Shown piece after piece: positions 50,381-60,371 of a DNA stretch of 64,000 nt (position 1 is the stretch's first letter; each line of letters starts with the position of its first letter). Position numbers and translations under genes: made by a program. This DNA comes from Candidatus Krumholzibacteriia bacterium (lineage in GTDB: Bacteria; Krumholzibacteriota; Krumholzibacteriia; JAJRXK01). The notes below the pieces were generated by a model, which saw only the letters and a list, made by a program, of their open reading frames with translations, did no database searches and was not told the origin of the DNA. The stretch is taken from contig JBGPIA010000006.1 of NCBI GenBank assembly GCA_041484665.1, positions 161,468-225,467 of the forward strand. The letters are read 5' to 3'.

Positions 50381-53300
50381 ATGCCCTGTCGCTGGAATCC
50401 AATCAGGCTCACGCACGCCGCTGCCGCCAGCTTCATCCTCAATCGGCAAGCGGCCCGCCGTAGGCCCTGTGTCCTCCACCAACTCATCGCCCTGGGCCTG
50501 GTCGTCACCGTGGCACTCGTCGCCCCGGTGGCGAGTCCGGCCGGGGCCGATCCGGGGCGCCCCGCCCCCAACGGACCGACCACCGCCACGGATCGCCTGG
50601 CCGCCTGGGAGCTCCACCAGCAGATGGGGCGTACGTCGATCTTCCGCGGCGTGCCCTGGCGCTGCGTCGGGCCGGTCGTCCAGGGCGGCCGCGTCGTGGA
50701 CGTCGAGCCCGTGCCCAACAGCCCGTACAGCTTCTACGTCGCGTACGCGTCCGGCGGACTGTGGCGCACCGACAACAACGGGGTGACGTTCACGCCGGTC
50801 TTCGACGCGCAGCCGACGCTGATCATGGGCGACGTCGCGGTCGATCCGAGCGATTCGAAGGTGGTCTGGGTGGGCACGGGTGAGAACAACTCGTCGCGCA
50901 GCAGCTACGGCGGACTCGGCGTGTTCCGCAGCAGCGACGGCGGAGCAACCTGGCAACGCATGGGGCTCGAGGAGAGCGACCGCATCGGCCGCATCCTCGT
51001 GGATCCGCGCGACGGCCGCCACCTGCTGGCGGCGTGTCTGGGCAAGCTGTACACGGCCGGCGGCCAACGCGGCGTGTACCGCACGCGCGACGGCGGGCGC
51101 ACTTGGCAGCAGACGCTCACCCCGGAGGCGGCCGGCAGCAGCGACTCGACGCGCGCGTTCACGGGAGCGATCGACCTGGTGATGGACCCTGCCAATCCGG
51201 AGGTCATCTACGCCTCGACCTGGGAGCGCTCGCGGCGGCCGTGGGAGCTGGTCGAAGGCGGCGCCGGCAGCGGCCTCTGGAAGTCCACCGACGGCGGCGA
51301 GACCTGGACGCGGCTGGCCGGCGGCTTCCCGCAGGGGCGCAACGTCGGTCGGATCGGAATCGACATCGCGCGCAGCCGGCCGGCGACGCTCTACGCCTAC
51401 ATGGACGACCAGCATCTGCTCCCCGACGACCAGTGGGACCTGGGCGATGGCGCCGTGACCCCCAAGCGCCTGCGCCGGATGTCCAAAGCGGAGTTCCTGA
51501 AGCAGGATCCCGAGGAGATCGAGGACTTCATCCGTGAGAACGACCTCGAGCCCGCCCTCGACGCGGCCAAGCTCGCCGAGATGGTGCGCAAGGGCGAGGT
51601 CACCCTCGAGCAGATCGTCAAGGCGATCGAGGACGCCAACGCCAACCTCTTCCTGACCGACATCCACGGGCCGGAGGTCTGGCGCAGCGATGATGGCGGC
51701 GCCAGCTGGAGGCGTACGCACGATCAGCCGCTGCGCGAGGTCGCCTACACCTACGGATATTACTTCGGTCAGATTCGCGTGGCCCCCGACGATCCCGAGC
51801 GCGTCTACATCATGGGCGTGCCCATGGTGATGTCGAAGGACGGCGGCAAGACCTGGACCGGGATCGACGGGCGCGACGTGCACGGCGACCACCACGAAAT
51901 CTGGTTCGACCCACAGAATCCCAAGCGGCTCATCAGCGGCAACGACGGTGGCATCTCCATGAGCTACGACGGCGGGCAGACTTGGCTGGTGGTGAACCCG
52001 ACCCCGGTCGGACAGTTCTACGCCGTGACCGTCGATCTGGAGAAGCCCTACAACATCTATGGCGGGTTGCAGGACAACGGCGTGTACAAGGGCTCCTCGG
52101 CGTCGCGGCCCGGGATCAGCGACGACTGGCACGTCATCGGCGGCGGCGACGGCATGTACGTCCAGGTCGACCCGCGCGACAACGCGACGGTCTACATGGG
52201 ATCGCAGTTCGGCTACTACGCCCGGGTGGACGCTTCGGGCAAGCGTCAGAGCGTGCGCCCGCGCAACAAGCTCACCGAAGAACCGCTGCGCTACAACTGG
52301 GAGACGCCCATCCAGCTCAGCGCCCACAACCCCGACATCCTGTACTTCGGCGCCAACAAGCTGTTCCGTTCCATGGACAAGGGCGAGAGCTGGACGGCGA
52401 TCAGCCCCGATCTCACCACCAGCAAGAATCGTGGCGATGTACCCTATGCGACGATCACCACGCTGCACGAGTCGCCGCGCAAGTTCGGGTTGATCTGGCT
52501 GGGCACTGACGACGGACACGTGCACGTGACCACCGACGGCGGGGTGACGTGGCGCGAGGTGTCGGGCAACCCGGTGGTCGCCGGGCCTTCGGGCGGCGGG
52601 GCCGGGCCATCGGGAGGAACGGCGGGGGCGTCCAGCGAAGCGGCGGGACCGCCGGGTGGAGCGATCGGGCTGCCGGCAGATCGCTGGGTCAGCCGCGTGG
52701 AGGCCTCCCGCCACAACGACCAAGTGGCGCACCTGGCGCTCAACGGCTACCGCGACGACGACATGACCGCGTACGTGTACCGCACCGAGGACCTGGGTGC
52801 CACGTGGCGCGACATCTCCGCGGGGCTGCCCGACGAGCCGGTGAACGTGATCCGCGAGGATCCCGTCAATCCGGATGTTCTGTACGTGGGGACGGACCGC
52901 GGCGTGTACGTCTCGCTCGACAAGGGAGCAGGCTGGCAGGCGCTCCCGGGCGGGCCGGCGCTGGGTCAGGCGGCACAGGCCGCGGTGGGGCAGGCGGGGC
53001 ATCTCGTCGGCGCCCTGCCCAGCGTGCCCGTGCACGACCTGGTCGTGCACCCGCGTGACCGCGAGTTGGTGGCCGGGACGCACGGCCGCAGCGTGTGGAT
53101 CGCCGACGTGCTCCCCATGCAGGATCTCACTGTTGAAGTGCGCGCCAAGTCCGTCCACGTGTTCGCGCTGGAGGAGGTCCAGTTCGAGCGAGGGTGGCGC
53201 AGCCGGAGGTCGCCGTGGTTCTACCGGCCGGTCGAAGATCCGTTCGTGCGCGTGCCGTTCTGGGTGAAGGCGGGGACGGCGGGTGGCACGGCAGTGAGCG

Positions 53301-53818
53301 GCACGGGAGTGGGCGCCGCGGAGGTGGGCGGTGCGGGGGCGGGCGCTGAGGAGTCGGGCGCCGCGGAGTCAAAGGCAATCCTGACGATCCGCGACGGCGA
53401 TGGGCGCGTGCTGCGCCGCGAGGATGTCGGCGTCGCGCCCGGGGTGAACACCTGGACGTGGGATCTGCTGGTGGACCCCAAGCTTGCTGTGGACGCGGAA
53501 AAAGAGCGCGTGAAGAAGCAAGACGCCGACAAGAGGGCGGAGGAGCAGAGGAAGAAAAAGGCCGCCAAGAGCGAGAAGGGCGCCGGCTCGCAGCAGGACG
53601 AAACGAGCGCCGCTGGCAAAGGCGAGCAGGCGAAGTATCCCTGGGCCGAGGCCGCGCGGCTGGGGCGGCCGCTCTACGCGACCGCCGGGACCTACACGGT
53701 GCGCGTGGAGCTGGGCAAGGACAGCGCGGAGACCAAGCTGGAGGTGAAGGCGGCCGAGCCGCGCAAGCCGCGCGTGAAACCGGAGATGGAGATCCGCGGA
53801 CGGAAGAAGAAGAAGTAG
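50381..53818 (+). CDS. Secreted VPS10/BNR (Asp-box) repeat glycosyl-hydrolase-like protein
   Basis: Repeated SxDGGxTW Asp-boxes; GGRVVD, VHGDHH, GNDGG, GGLQDNG and THGRS; ATG after GGAGG. Confidence 0.9.
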   Translation: MPCRWNPIRLTHAAAASFILNRQAARRRPCVLHQLIALGLVVTVALVAPVASPAGADPGRPAPNGPTTATDRLAAWELHQQMGRTSIFRGVPWRCVGPVVQGGRVVDVEPVPNSPYSFYVAYASGGLWRTDNNGVTFTPVFDAQPTLIMGDVAVDPSDSKVVWVGTGENNSSRSSYGGLGVFRSSDGGATWQRMGLEESDRIGRILVDPRDGRHLLAACLGKLYTAGGQRGVYRTRDGGRTWQQTLTPEAAGSSDSTRAFTGAIDLVMDPANPEVIYASTWERSRRPWELVEGGAGSGLWKSTDGGETWTRLAGGFPQGRNVGRIGIDIARSRPATLYAYMDDQHLLPDDQWDLGDGAVTPKRLRRMSKAEFLKQDPEEIEDFIRENDLEPALDAAKLAEMVRKGEVTLEQIVKAIEDANANLFLTDIHGPEVWRSDDGGASWRRTHDQPLREVAYTYGYYFGQIRVAPDDPERVYIMGVPMVMSKDGGKTWTGIDGRDVHGDHHEIWFDPQNPKRLISGNDGGISMSYDGGQTWLVVNPTPVGQFYAVTVDLEKPYNIYGGLQDNGVYKGSSASRPGISDDWHVIGGGDGMYVQVDPRDNATVYMGSQFGYYARVDASGKRQSVRPRNKLTEEPLRYNWETPIQLSAHNPDILYFGANKLFRSMDKGESWTAISPDLTTSKNRGDVPYATITTLHESPRKFGLIWLGTDDGHVHVTTDGGVTWREVSGNPVVAGPSGGGAGPSGGTAGASSEAAGPPGGAIGLPADRWVSRVEASRHNDQVAHLALNGYRDDDMTAYVYRTEDLGATWRDISAGLPDEPVNVIREDPVNPDVLYVGTDRGVYVSLDKGAGWQALPGGPALGQAAQAAVGQAGHLVGALPSVPVHDLVVHPRDRELVAGTHGRSVWIADVLPMQDLTVEVRAKSVHVFALEEVQFERGWRSRRSPWFYRPVEDPFVRVPFWVKAGTAGGTAVSGTGVGAAEVGGAGAGAEESGAAESKAILTIRDGDGRVLRREDVGVAPGVNTWTWDLLVDPKLAVDAEKERVKKQDADKRAEEQRKKKAAKSEKGAGSQQDETSAAGKGEQAKYPWAEAARLGRPLYATAGTYTVRVELGKDSAETKLEVKAAEPRKPRVKPEMEIRGRKKKK

Positions 53819-53922
53819 TCGTCAGGAGCGATTGCCGCGGGACGGCTGCACGACCAGGCTCTCGCGGACTGTCCGCAGCTCTCCGGATTCCTCGCGGCGC
53901 TCTCGGCTTACCTCCCGCGCGC

Positions 53923-55101
53923 TCACTCCTCCCACGGCAACCCCGGTCGCCCGAAGTGCCCGTAGTTCGTGGTCTGCGCGTAGATCGGGCGCAGCAGTCC
54001 GAGCCGCTCGATGATCGCCGCGGGCCGGAAATCGAAGCGCTCGAGCACGAAGCGGCGCGCTGCGTCCCCGTTGCCAGTGCCAAAGGTCTCGACGTGGATC
54101 GACACGGGCTGCGCCTGGCCGATGGCGTAGGCCACCTGGAGCTCGGCGCGGTGCGCCAGCCTTTCGCGTACGACCTGGCGCGCGACGAAGCGGCAGAAGT
54201 AGGCGGCGCTGCGGTCGACCTTGCTGGGGTCCTTGCCCGAGAATGCTCCGCCGCCGTGCCGCGCCATGCCACCGTACGTATCGACGATGATCTTGCGGCC
54301 GGTCACGCCGGCGTCGGTGCCGGGGCCGCCCTCTACGAAGCTACCGGTCGGATTGACGTGGAGCACGATCTCGTCGTGGTTCCAGCGGCCGAGCACGCGG
54401 GGCAGCAGGTCGGTCTTCACGTAGTGCACGATGCGATCGCGCTGGGCCGCGCGCGCGTGCTGGCACGAGACGACCACCGCAGTCACCCGTTGCGGCCGGC
54501 CGTCCAGGTACTCCACCGAGACCTGGCTCTTGCCGTCAGGCCGCAGCCACGGCTGACTGCCGCTCTTGCGGTCGGCAGCGAGCCCGCGCGTCAGTCCGTG
54601 TGCCAGGACGATCGGCAGCGGCATCAGCTCGTGGGTTTCGTCGGTCGCGTACCCGAACATCAGACCTTGATCACCGGCCCCCTGCTCGCCCGAGAGGCTC
54701 GTTGTGGCGGTGACGCCTTGCGAGATCTCCGCAGCCTGCTGCGTGAGGAGCTTGGTGATGCGCACTGTCTCCGCCGCGAAAGGCTCGGCCGGGTCGGTGT
54801 AGCCCACCGATTGGATCGCGCGGCGCACGAGGGCGTCGAGGTCGATTTCGGTGCCGGAGCTGCCGGCCCCCGACGTGATCTCACCCGCGAGGACGACCTG
54901 GCCACCCTTGGCGAGCACCTCGCAGGCCACGCGGCTGCGGCGATCGGCGCCCAGATGGGCGTCGAGGATGGAGTCGGCGATGAAGTCGCAAACCTTGTCC
55001 GGGTGACCTTCGGTCACGGACTCCGACGAGAAGATGCGGCCCGTCTGGACGGCCGCGCTGGGGTCGAGGCCAGCGGTGGCGCTGGCGCGGTGCATGGACA
55101 T
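53923..55101 (-). CDS. metK: S-adenosylmethionine synthetase
   Basis: SESVTEGHPDK, GAGDQG, PDGKSQV, GRKIIVDTYGG, GGGAFSGKD and YGHFGR. Confidence 0.96.
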   Translation of the reverse strand: MSMHRASATAGLDPSAAVQTGRIFSSESVTEGHPDKVCDFIADSILDAHLGADRRSRVACEVLAKGGQVVLAGEITSGAGSSGTEIDLDALVRRAIQSVGYTDPAEPFAAETVRITKLLTQQAAEISQGVTATTSLSGEQGAGDQGLMFGYATDETHELMPLPIVLAHGLTRGLAADRKSGSQPWLRPDGKSQVSVEYLDGRPQRVTAVVVSCQHARAAQRDRIVHYVKTDLLPRVLGRWNHDEIVLHVNPTGSFVEGGPGTDAGVTGRKIIVDTYGGMARHGGGAFSGKDPSKVDRSAAYFCRFVARQVVRERLAHRAELQVAYAIGQAQPVSIHVETFGTGNGDAARRFVLERFDFRPAAIIERLGLLRPIYAQTTNYGHFGRPGLPWEE

Positions 55102-55234
55102 GCTGGGTCCCTCCCATGGCAGGACTCGTGGGGCCGGCGCGGCGGGTGCCCGGGGCGCTTGCCACCACGGCGAAGGCCACCGTCGCGTGGGAAGCGCTGC
55201 GAACGGATGGCCCGGGACATGGCCCGCGCCGGGC

Positions 55235-55266
55235 AACAAAAAACCCGCTGCACAGGTGCGAGCGGG
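55235..55266 (-). terminator. Intrinsic terminator in the metK leader
   Basis: Minus strand CCCGCT-CGCACCTGTGC-AGCGGG-TTTTTTGTT. Confidence 0.8.
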
Positions 55267-55301
55267 GACAGGTGGGACGGCGACCCGGGATCCACCTGTC
55301 T

Positions 55302-55357
55302 GACGCTTTAGCACCTTGTTTAGCGTGGCGGCAAGTTGTCGCTTAAAGCACCACGTG
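55302..55357 (-). ncRNA. SAM-II (SAM-alpha-like) riboswitch aptamer
   Basis: Minus strand CGTGGTGCTTT...CTTGCCGCCACGCTAAACAAGGTGCTAAA follows the SAM-II pattern CGUGGUGAUUU...CUUGCAGCCACGUUAAACAAGUCGCUAAA and lies upstream of metK. Confidence 0.82.
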
Positions 55358-55363
55358 GCTTTC

Positions 55364-55391
55364 ATTATACGGCTGGGAGCGACAATGTCAA
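55364..55391 (-). promoter_or_regulatory. Consensus sigma70 promoter for the metK leader
   Basis: Minus strand TTGACA (55391-55386), 16-bp spacer, TATAAT (55369-55364), immediately before the aptamer. Confidence 0.85.
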
Positions 55392-55549
55392 GGGCGCGGC
55401 CGACGGCCGGCAATGTGGGCGCGCCGGCCGGCCAGGCAATGGGGGCGTGGCTGACCGTCACGCCGCGTCGAGGGCGCTTGGGGGGGTCCGGCAGCGTCCT
55501 GCGCGCCGGACACCATGGGTATGCTATGCTCGTCACCGAGAGCCCTTGA

Positions 55550-55738
55550 TATCCTCAGATTGAGGCGCGTGGCGCGCGGGTCCGCACGCTGCTGGGCGAA
55601 ACGCTCGCGGCCGGACGCCACCAACTGGTGTGGGACGGGTTGGATTCCGCGGGTCGCGCGGTGGCCAGCGGGGTCTACGTCGCTCGCCTGGTCGCTGGCA
55701 GCAGCGAGTCCAGCCGCAGCCTGGTCCTCGTTCACTGA
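55550..55738 (+). pseudogene. Orphan FlgD-Ig C-terminal domain fragment (not in the ORF track)
   Basis: Reads EARGARVRTLLGETLAAGRHQLVWDGLDSAGRAVASGVYVARL...SLVLVH*; in-frame TGA at 55547 and no start codon before the domain. Confidence 0.75.
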
Positions 55739-55848
55739 CAGCGCGCCGACGCGAGGGCACCGGAACGCTTGAGCCCGAGAGCGTCGGGTACGATACTGTT
55801 GGACGAGACACAGCGACGACCGACACGGCCCTGGCAGCCAGGAAGCCC

Positions 55849-56319
55849 ATGGACACCCAACGCGTGCTTGCCGTTCTGCGCGCTCTCGAGCTCGAAGGCG
55901 TGCGCTACAAGGTCGTCGGGGGAGTCGCCATCAACTTCCATGGCCTCGCTCGCGCGACCGAGGATCTCGACTTGTTCGTCGCACCTGATCCGGCGAACGT
56001 GGCGCGACTGAAGGTCGCGTTGCGCTCGATTTTCAATGATCCGCGCATCGACGAGATCTCCTCAGAGGACTTGTCGGGGCCTTACCCCGCCATCCAATAC
56101 GTTCCGCCGGATGGCACCTTTTCGATCGACCTCCTTGCACGACTTGGGGAAGCGTTCCGCTATGACGACATCGAAGCAGAGGAGCGCTCGATCCAGGGCG
56201 TACGAGTGGCGGTTGCCACGCCGCGGATGCTGTACAGGATGAAGAAGGACACGATTCGCCTGCAGGACCGCGCCGACGCGGAACGACTGAAGGAGCGCTT
56301 CAACCTGGAGGAGGACTGA
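55849..56319 (+). CDS. Pol-beta-superfamily nucleotidyltransferase
   Basis: VVGGVAINFHGLARATEDLDL (GG...DxD), IDLL and MKKDTIRLQDRAD. Confidence 0.85.
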   Translation: MDTQRVLAVLRALELEGVRYKVVGGVAINFHGLARATEDLDLFVAPDPANVARLKVALRSIFNDPRIDEISSEDLSGPYPAIQYVPPDGTFSIDLLARLGEAFRYDDIEAEERSIQGVRVAVATPRMLYRMKKDTIRLQDRADAERLKERFNLEED

Positions 56320-56543
56320 TGCCGCTGCGGAAGTTCCACTCCGTGGAGGAAATGCCGGGCCCTACCTGGCACGACCCCAGCGATCCCGAGTTGTGGCGAC
56401 GCATCACCGACCTCTGGGCCTTTTCAGATCGCCTCTGCTGCCGGCGGCTTCCACCGGGCGTGCACAGGAATCGCTCGATGGAGGAATTGAATCGGCGCCG
56501 CGCGGCGTGGGAAGCTGCCGCAGTGCGGTCGGGGCGGAACTAG
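56319..56543 (+). CDS. Small protein translationally coupled to the nucleotidyltransferase
   Basis: TGATG overlap and GGAGGAGG RBS; MPLRKFHSVEEM...PPGVHRNRSMEE. Confidence 0.7.
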   Translation: MPLRKFHSVEEMPGPTWHDPSDPELWRRITDLWAFSDRLCCRRLPPGVHRNRSMEELNRRRAAWEAAAVRSGRN

Positions 56544-56577
56544 CGCTCGCCATCAAGACGCTGGCCCGGGCCGCCGG

Positions 56578-57414
56578 CTACGGTAAGTCCACGTCGCCCA
56601 CCTCCACGGGCTGATGCGAGTCCAGGGACTTGAGGAACTCGACCAGGTCCTTCTTCCCCTGCTCGGTCAAGTTGAGTGACTTCATCTGTGGGTCCAGGTT
56701 CGGATTCTGGCTGCCACCCCTGTTGTAGAACTCGATCACCGACTCGAGCGTCTGCTCGCTGCCATCGTGCAGGTACGGCGCGGTCTTTGTGATGTCGCGC
56801 AGCGTGGGCGTCTTGAAGGCGCCGCGGTCCTTGTCCTGCTTGGTGACTTTGTAGCGACCAAGGTCGGGGTCGGGCTTGTCGATGCCGACGCCGAGGTTGT
56901 GGAACACGTTGTCGGTGAGGTTGAAGCCGGCGTGGCAAGAGTTGCAGTTGGCCTTTGTGCGGAACAGTGCGAGCCCGCGGACCGCCGCCGGGGACATCGC
57001 CTCCTTGTTACCCGCCTCGTAGCGGTCCCATGCAGAGTTGCCCGCCGGCGCCGTACGCTCGAAGGCAGCGATGGCCTTGCCGATCCCGTCGGCTGTCACG
57101 CCGGTGCCGAACACCTGCTGGAATTGGCTGCGATACCCAGGGATCGCATGGAGCTTCTTCACGACGTTGTCCAACGTCTCGCCCATCTCGATGGGGTTCT
57201 GGATCGGCCCCAGTGCCTGCTCCTCGAGCGACCCGGCGCGGCCGTCCCAGAACTGAAACGTCTGGAAGGCAGTGTTGAGCATGGTGGGAGACAAGCGCTT
57301 GCCCCGCGGTCCCTTGATCCCGGTCGAGACGGCGTTGGCGTCGGCCCAACCCCTCTTGGGGCCATGGCGGGTAGCACACGAGACGCTTCCGTCGGTCCCG
57401 GCGTCCTCGACCAC
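56578..57414 (-). pseudogene. 5'-truncated di-heme cytochrome c peroxidase (CCP/MauG family)
   Basis: QFWDGRA, NCNSCH, GAFKTPTLR and APYLHDGS are present. The first heme motif reads CATRH, and the signal peptide and LG..L(Y/F)FD..LS segment are absent. Confidence 0.75.
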
Positions 57415-57714
57415 GGCGGCCGGGGAGCCCGGGTGCTCCCCCGCGGGACCGGCGACCTTGTGGGGGCCTGCGAACTACCGGAGCGACCCCACCTTCAGGA
57501 GCCGCGCAGCCTCTCGCGGCCCCACGCCCTCCGTGGCCCCACGCCCTCCGTAGCCCCACGATCTCCCGCGGCGTCACGGTCTCCCAAAGCCCGGCGGTCC
57601 CCAGGACCGGGCCCCGTCCCGTGCGCGCTCGCGCAGTTTGCTGCGACTTTCCCACCCCCCGAGTGTGTCCATTACCATGTAGGCCCGAGTCGAGCCGTCG
57701 AAAGAGCGTAGCGC

Positions 57715-58398
57715 ATGGAACCCGACGACCGCGCAGCACGCTGGAGGCGCCTGTGGGGGCTCCTGGAGCCCATCCATGATCAGGCGCTACAGCTGGCACG
57801 CCGCCTGGGTCGCTCGTCTCCCGATGGAGACGACGCGTTCCAGGAGGCGGTGCTTCGCAGCTTCGAGAAGCTCCATACCCTGCGCGACGAGACGAGTTTT
57901 CGATCGTGGTTCTGCACCGTCCTGCTCTCGGTGCACCGTTCCAGCTCCAGCCGTGGCTTCTGGCGCCGCTTCCTCCCCCTTACCGATGAGTGGGAGTACG
58001 GGCGCGAGCCGGTGGGTGAGAACGGGCAACGCTGGGAGGAGGAGCGGCAGCGGGCGACGCGAGTGTCCCGGGCGCTCGCCACTCTGCCCGCAGTGCAGCG
58101 CGAGGCCGTCGTCTTCTTCGAGTTGGAGGGGTTCTCCATCGACGAGATCGCGGCCCTGCAGAAGGTGTCGCCATCGGCGGTGAAGTCGCGCCTGGCCCGT
58201 GGCCGGGAACGCCTGCGCCGCCACTACGAGCGGTTGGGTTTCGCCGCGCAACGCGCCGAGCCGCCGGAACCCGGCACCGTGGGCCCTCCGCCTGCCCTGC
58301 TGGAGCCGGTGCTCCCGCAGACGGCTCCCGCTGGGGCCGTGCCGCGAGGCGCCCGCGAGCTCCCCGGCCGCCCCCCTGCGAAAGGATGGCCGTCATGA
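57715..58398 (+). CDS. ECF sigma factor
   Basis: [19 protein letters not shown] and LPAVQREAV...EGFSIDEIA...[10 protein letters not shown]. Confidence 0.92.
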   Translation: MEPDDRAARWRRLWGLLEPIHDQALQLARRLGRSSPDGDDAFQEAVLRSFEKLHTLRDETSFRSWFCTVLLSVHRSSSSRGFWRRFLPLTDEWEYGREPVGENGQRWEEERQRATRVSRALATLPAVQREAVVFFELEGFSIDEIAALQKVSPSAVKSRLARGRERLRRHYERLGFAAQRAEPPEPGTVGPPPALLEPVLPQTAPAGAVPRGARELPGRPPAKGWPS

Positions 58399-59363
58399 GT
58401 CGCTCTCGCTTCCGCCCCGAAGGGCCGGGCCGCTCCCAGGACGAGCCTGCCGGCTTCGGCCTCGATGCGGAGCTGCGCGCCGACCTCGAGGCGCTGCGCT
58501 CCGTGAGCGCGCGAGACCTGCCGACGTTCGAGGAAACAACGCGCGCGGTCGCCGCAGAGCGCTCGCGCCATACCCGGGAGGGATTCCTGATGTCGACACT
58601 TCGTCAATCCAGAACGAGACCCTGGCTCTCCACCGCCATCGCCGTGGCCGCCCTGGCCGCGATCATGCTTGTGGTGCCCATCTCCTACGAACGTACGATC
58701 GGCCACAGCGTCGCGCTGCAGGTCGCCGCGCCGGCGCTGGACAGCGCGGCGGCGACGCGGATCGCCCACGAGCTGAGTACGGCGCTGGGCGCGACCAATG
58801 TAAACATGACAAGCGACGACGCGGGCTACCGCATCGACGCCCAGGTGCCCTCGCACTCTGCCAAGGGCGTGACGCGCGTGGCCTCTGCGTTCGCTGCGGA
58901 GCTCACCGCGCGCGGCCTGACGGCGCAAGCGACCGTCACGCCGCGCACGGAGCGCGTTTCGTCCAGCGTCTATGCCATGGCACGCGACCGCCTCGAGATC
59001 CGCGTCGATCGCGGAGGCAAAACCCCGGCGCAGCTCGAGGCCGACATCCGGGCGCAGCTCGAGGCCGCGGGACTCACCAATCCCGACGTGCACGTGACCT
59101 ACGACGGCAACCAGACCCAGGTCCAGATCCACGCCGGTGATGGCGCGGGGGGGACGAACCCCGCGTCAGGCACCGCCGGCAAGCTGGACCTGGACGTGAA
59201 GACCCCCGGCCCCAACCAGCGTCAGATCAAGGTGGAGCACGCCGCCGGGATGACCGACGCTGACCTCAAGGCCGAGATCGAGCGGCAGATGCGCGAGCAG
59301 GGAATCAATGCCACCGTCACCGTCCAAAACGGAGAGGTCCGGGTCCAGCCGGTGAAGAAGTAG
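58395..59363 (+). CDS. Single-pass membrane protein, putative anti-sigma factor
   Basis: ATGA overlap with the sigma stop; [21 protein letters not shown]; two similar C-terminal LEADIRAQL / LKAEIERQM modules. Confidence 0.7.
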   Translation: MSRSRFRPEGPGRSQDEPAGFGLDAELRADLEALRSVSARDLPTFEETTRAVAAERSRHTREGFLMSTLRQSRTRPWLSTAIAVAALAAIMLVVPISYERTIGHSVALQVAAPALDSAAATRIAHELSTALGATNVNMTSDDAGYRIDAQVPSHSAKGVTRVASAFAAELTARGLTAQATVTPRTERVSSSVYAMARDRLEIRVDRGGKTPAQLEADIRAQLEAAGLTNPDVHVTYDGNQTQVQIHAGDGAGGTNPASGTAGKLDLDVKTPGPNQRQIKVEHAAGMTDADLKAEIERQMREQGINATVTVQNGEVRVQPVKK

Positions 59364-59608
59364 TCGGCTCTCCGACCGTCCTTTCCACTCTCCGACCGTC
59401 CCTTCCAAATGGCCGCGCCGGGCAAAAGCGGGAGCCTCCCGACTTGACCCGGCGCGGTGTCGTTTGTAGCCTCGCCATCCCCTTGCCAGAGAACGCGCTC
59501 CCGAGAGTTGCGCCTTCCTCCCGGACGGCGGCGGCTCCCGGCTCGGGCAGCGACGCCATGCAGCGCACGCGGCGGGCCCGGCGGCTTGCTCACAACGGGG
59601 TAGATCGA

Positions 59609-60238
59609 ATGGTCGTGCTGGCGCTCGGCTTCCTGCTCGGTGGCCTCGGCTCCATTCCGCCCGCGGGGCCAGTGACGGCCCTGGTGTTCCAGCGGGGCGT
59701 AGCGGGACGCTCGCTCGATGGCCTGATGGTAGCGCTGGGCGCGGGGGTGGGGGAGACGCTCTATTGCGGGCTGGCCGTGTTCGGGTACGGGAGGGTGATG
59801 GACCGCTGGCCCGCGCTGCAGCCCATCATGCACGTCGCCGGCGCGGTGATCCTGGTGGTAGCAGGTCTGGCCTTCTTGATCGCGCGGCACCCTCCGCGAG
59901 ACGTTCGGCAGCCGCGGCCCCGGCCGCGGGCTGGTGAGGCGCGCCAGCTGCTGTTGGGCTTCTCGCTCACCGCGCTGAATCCGTCCATCCTGGTGAACTG
60001 GTCGGCGGTGGTGGCGGCAATGCACTCCACGGGCCTCGCCACGCTCCAGCGTCGCAATGGCCTGGAGTTCGTGGCGGGCGCCTGTATCGGCATCGTGGCG
60101 TGGTTCGGGTTCCTGGTCGGGATGCTGCACCGGCATCGTGACCGGTTCCCCTATGCCGCGCTCGCCATGTCGCTGCGCGTGCTGGGCGCGATCATGCTCG
60201 GCGCCGGCCTGTACTCCACCTGGCGCCTGCTGCACTGA
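59609..60238 (+). CDS. LysE-family translocator
   Basis: IPPAGPV, GFSLTALNP and multiple TM helices. Confidence 0.85.
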   Translation: MVVLALGFLLGGLGSIPPAGPVTALVFQRGVAGRSLDGLMVALGAGVGETLYCGLAVFGYGRVMDRWPALQPIMHVAGAVILVVAGLAFLIARHPPRDVRQPRPRPRAGEARQLLLGFSLTALNPSILVNWSAVVAAMHSTGLATLQRRNGLEFVAGACIGIVAWFGFLVGMLHRHRDRFPYAALAMSLRVLGAIMLGAGLYSTWRLLH

Positions 60239-60371
60239 CCCAAGCGGCGCGAGGCACTGCGCATGTGCCGGGTCCGTGCGCGACGCGCGAGGCGGTGGGC
60301 GACGCGCGCGCACCATATGCTCCGCACATTCCGCATGTGCCGGGTCGGCGCGACGCGCGCGCCGGCCGCGC

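Noticed and set aside
50324..53158. Long antisense ORFs (also 36733-38994, 39442-42060 and 60057-62720)
   Set aside because: They mirror well-supported genes on the other strand, as expected from GC-rich codon bias, and carry no motifs.
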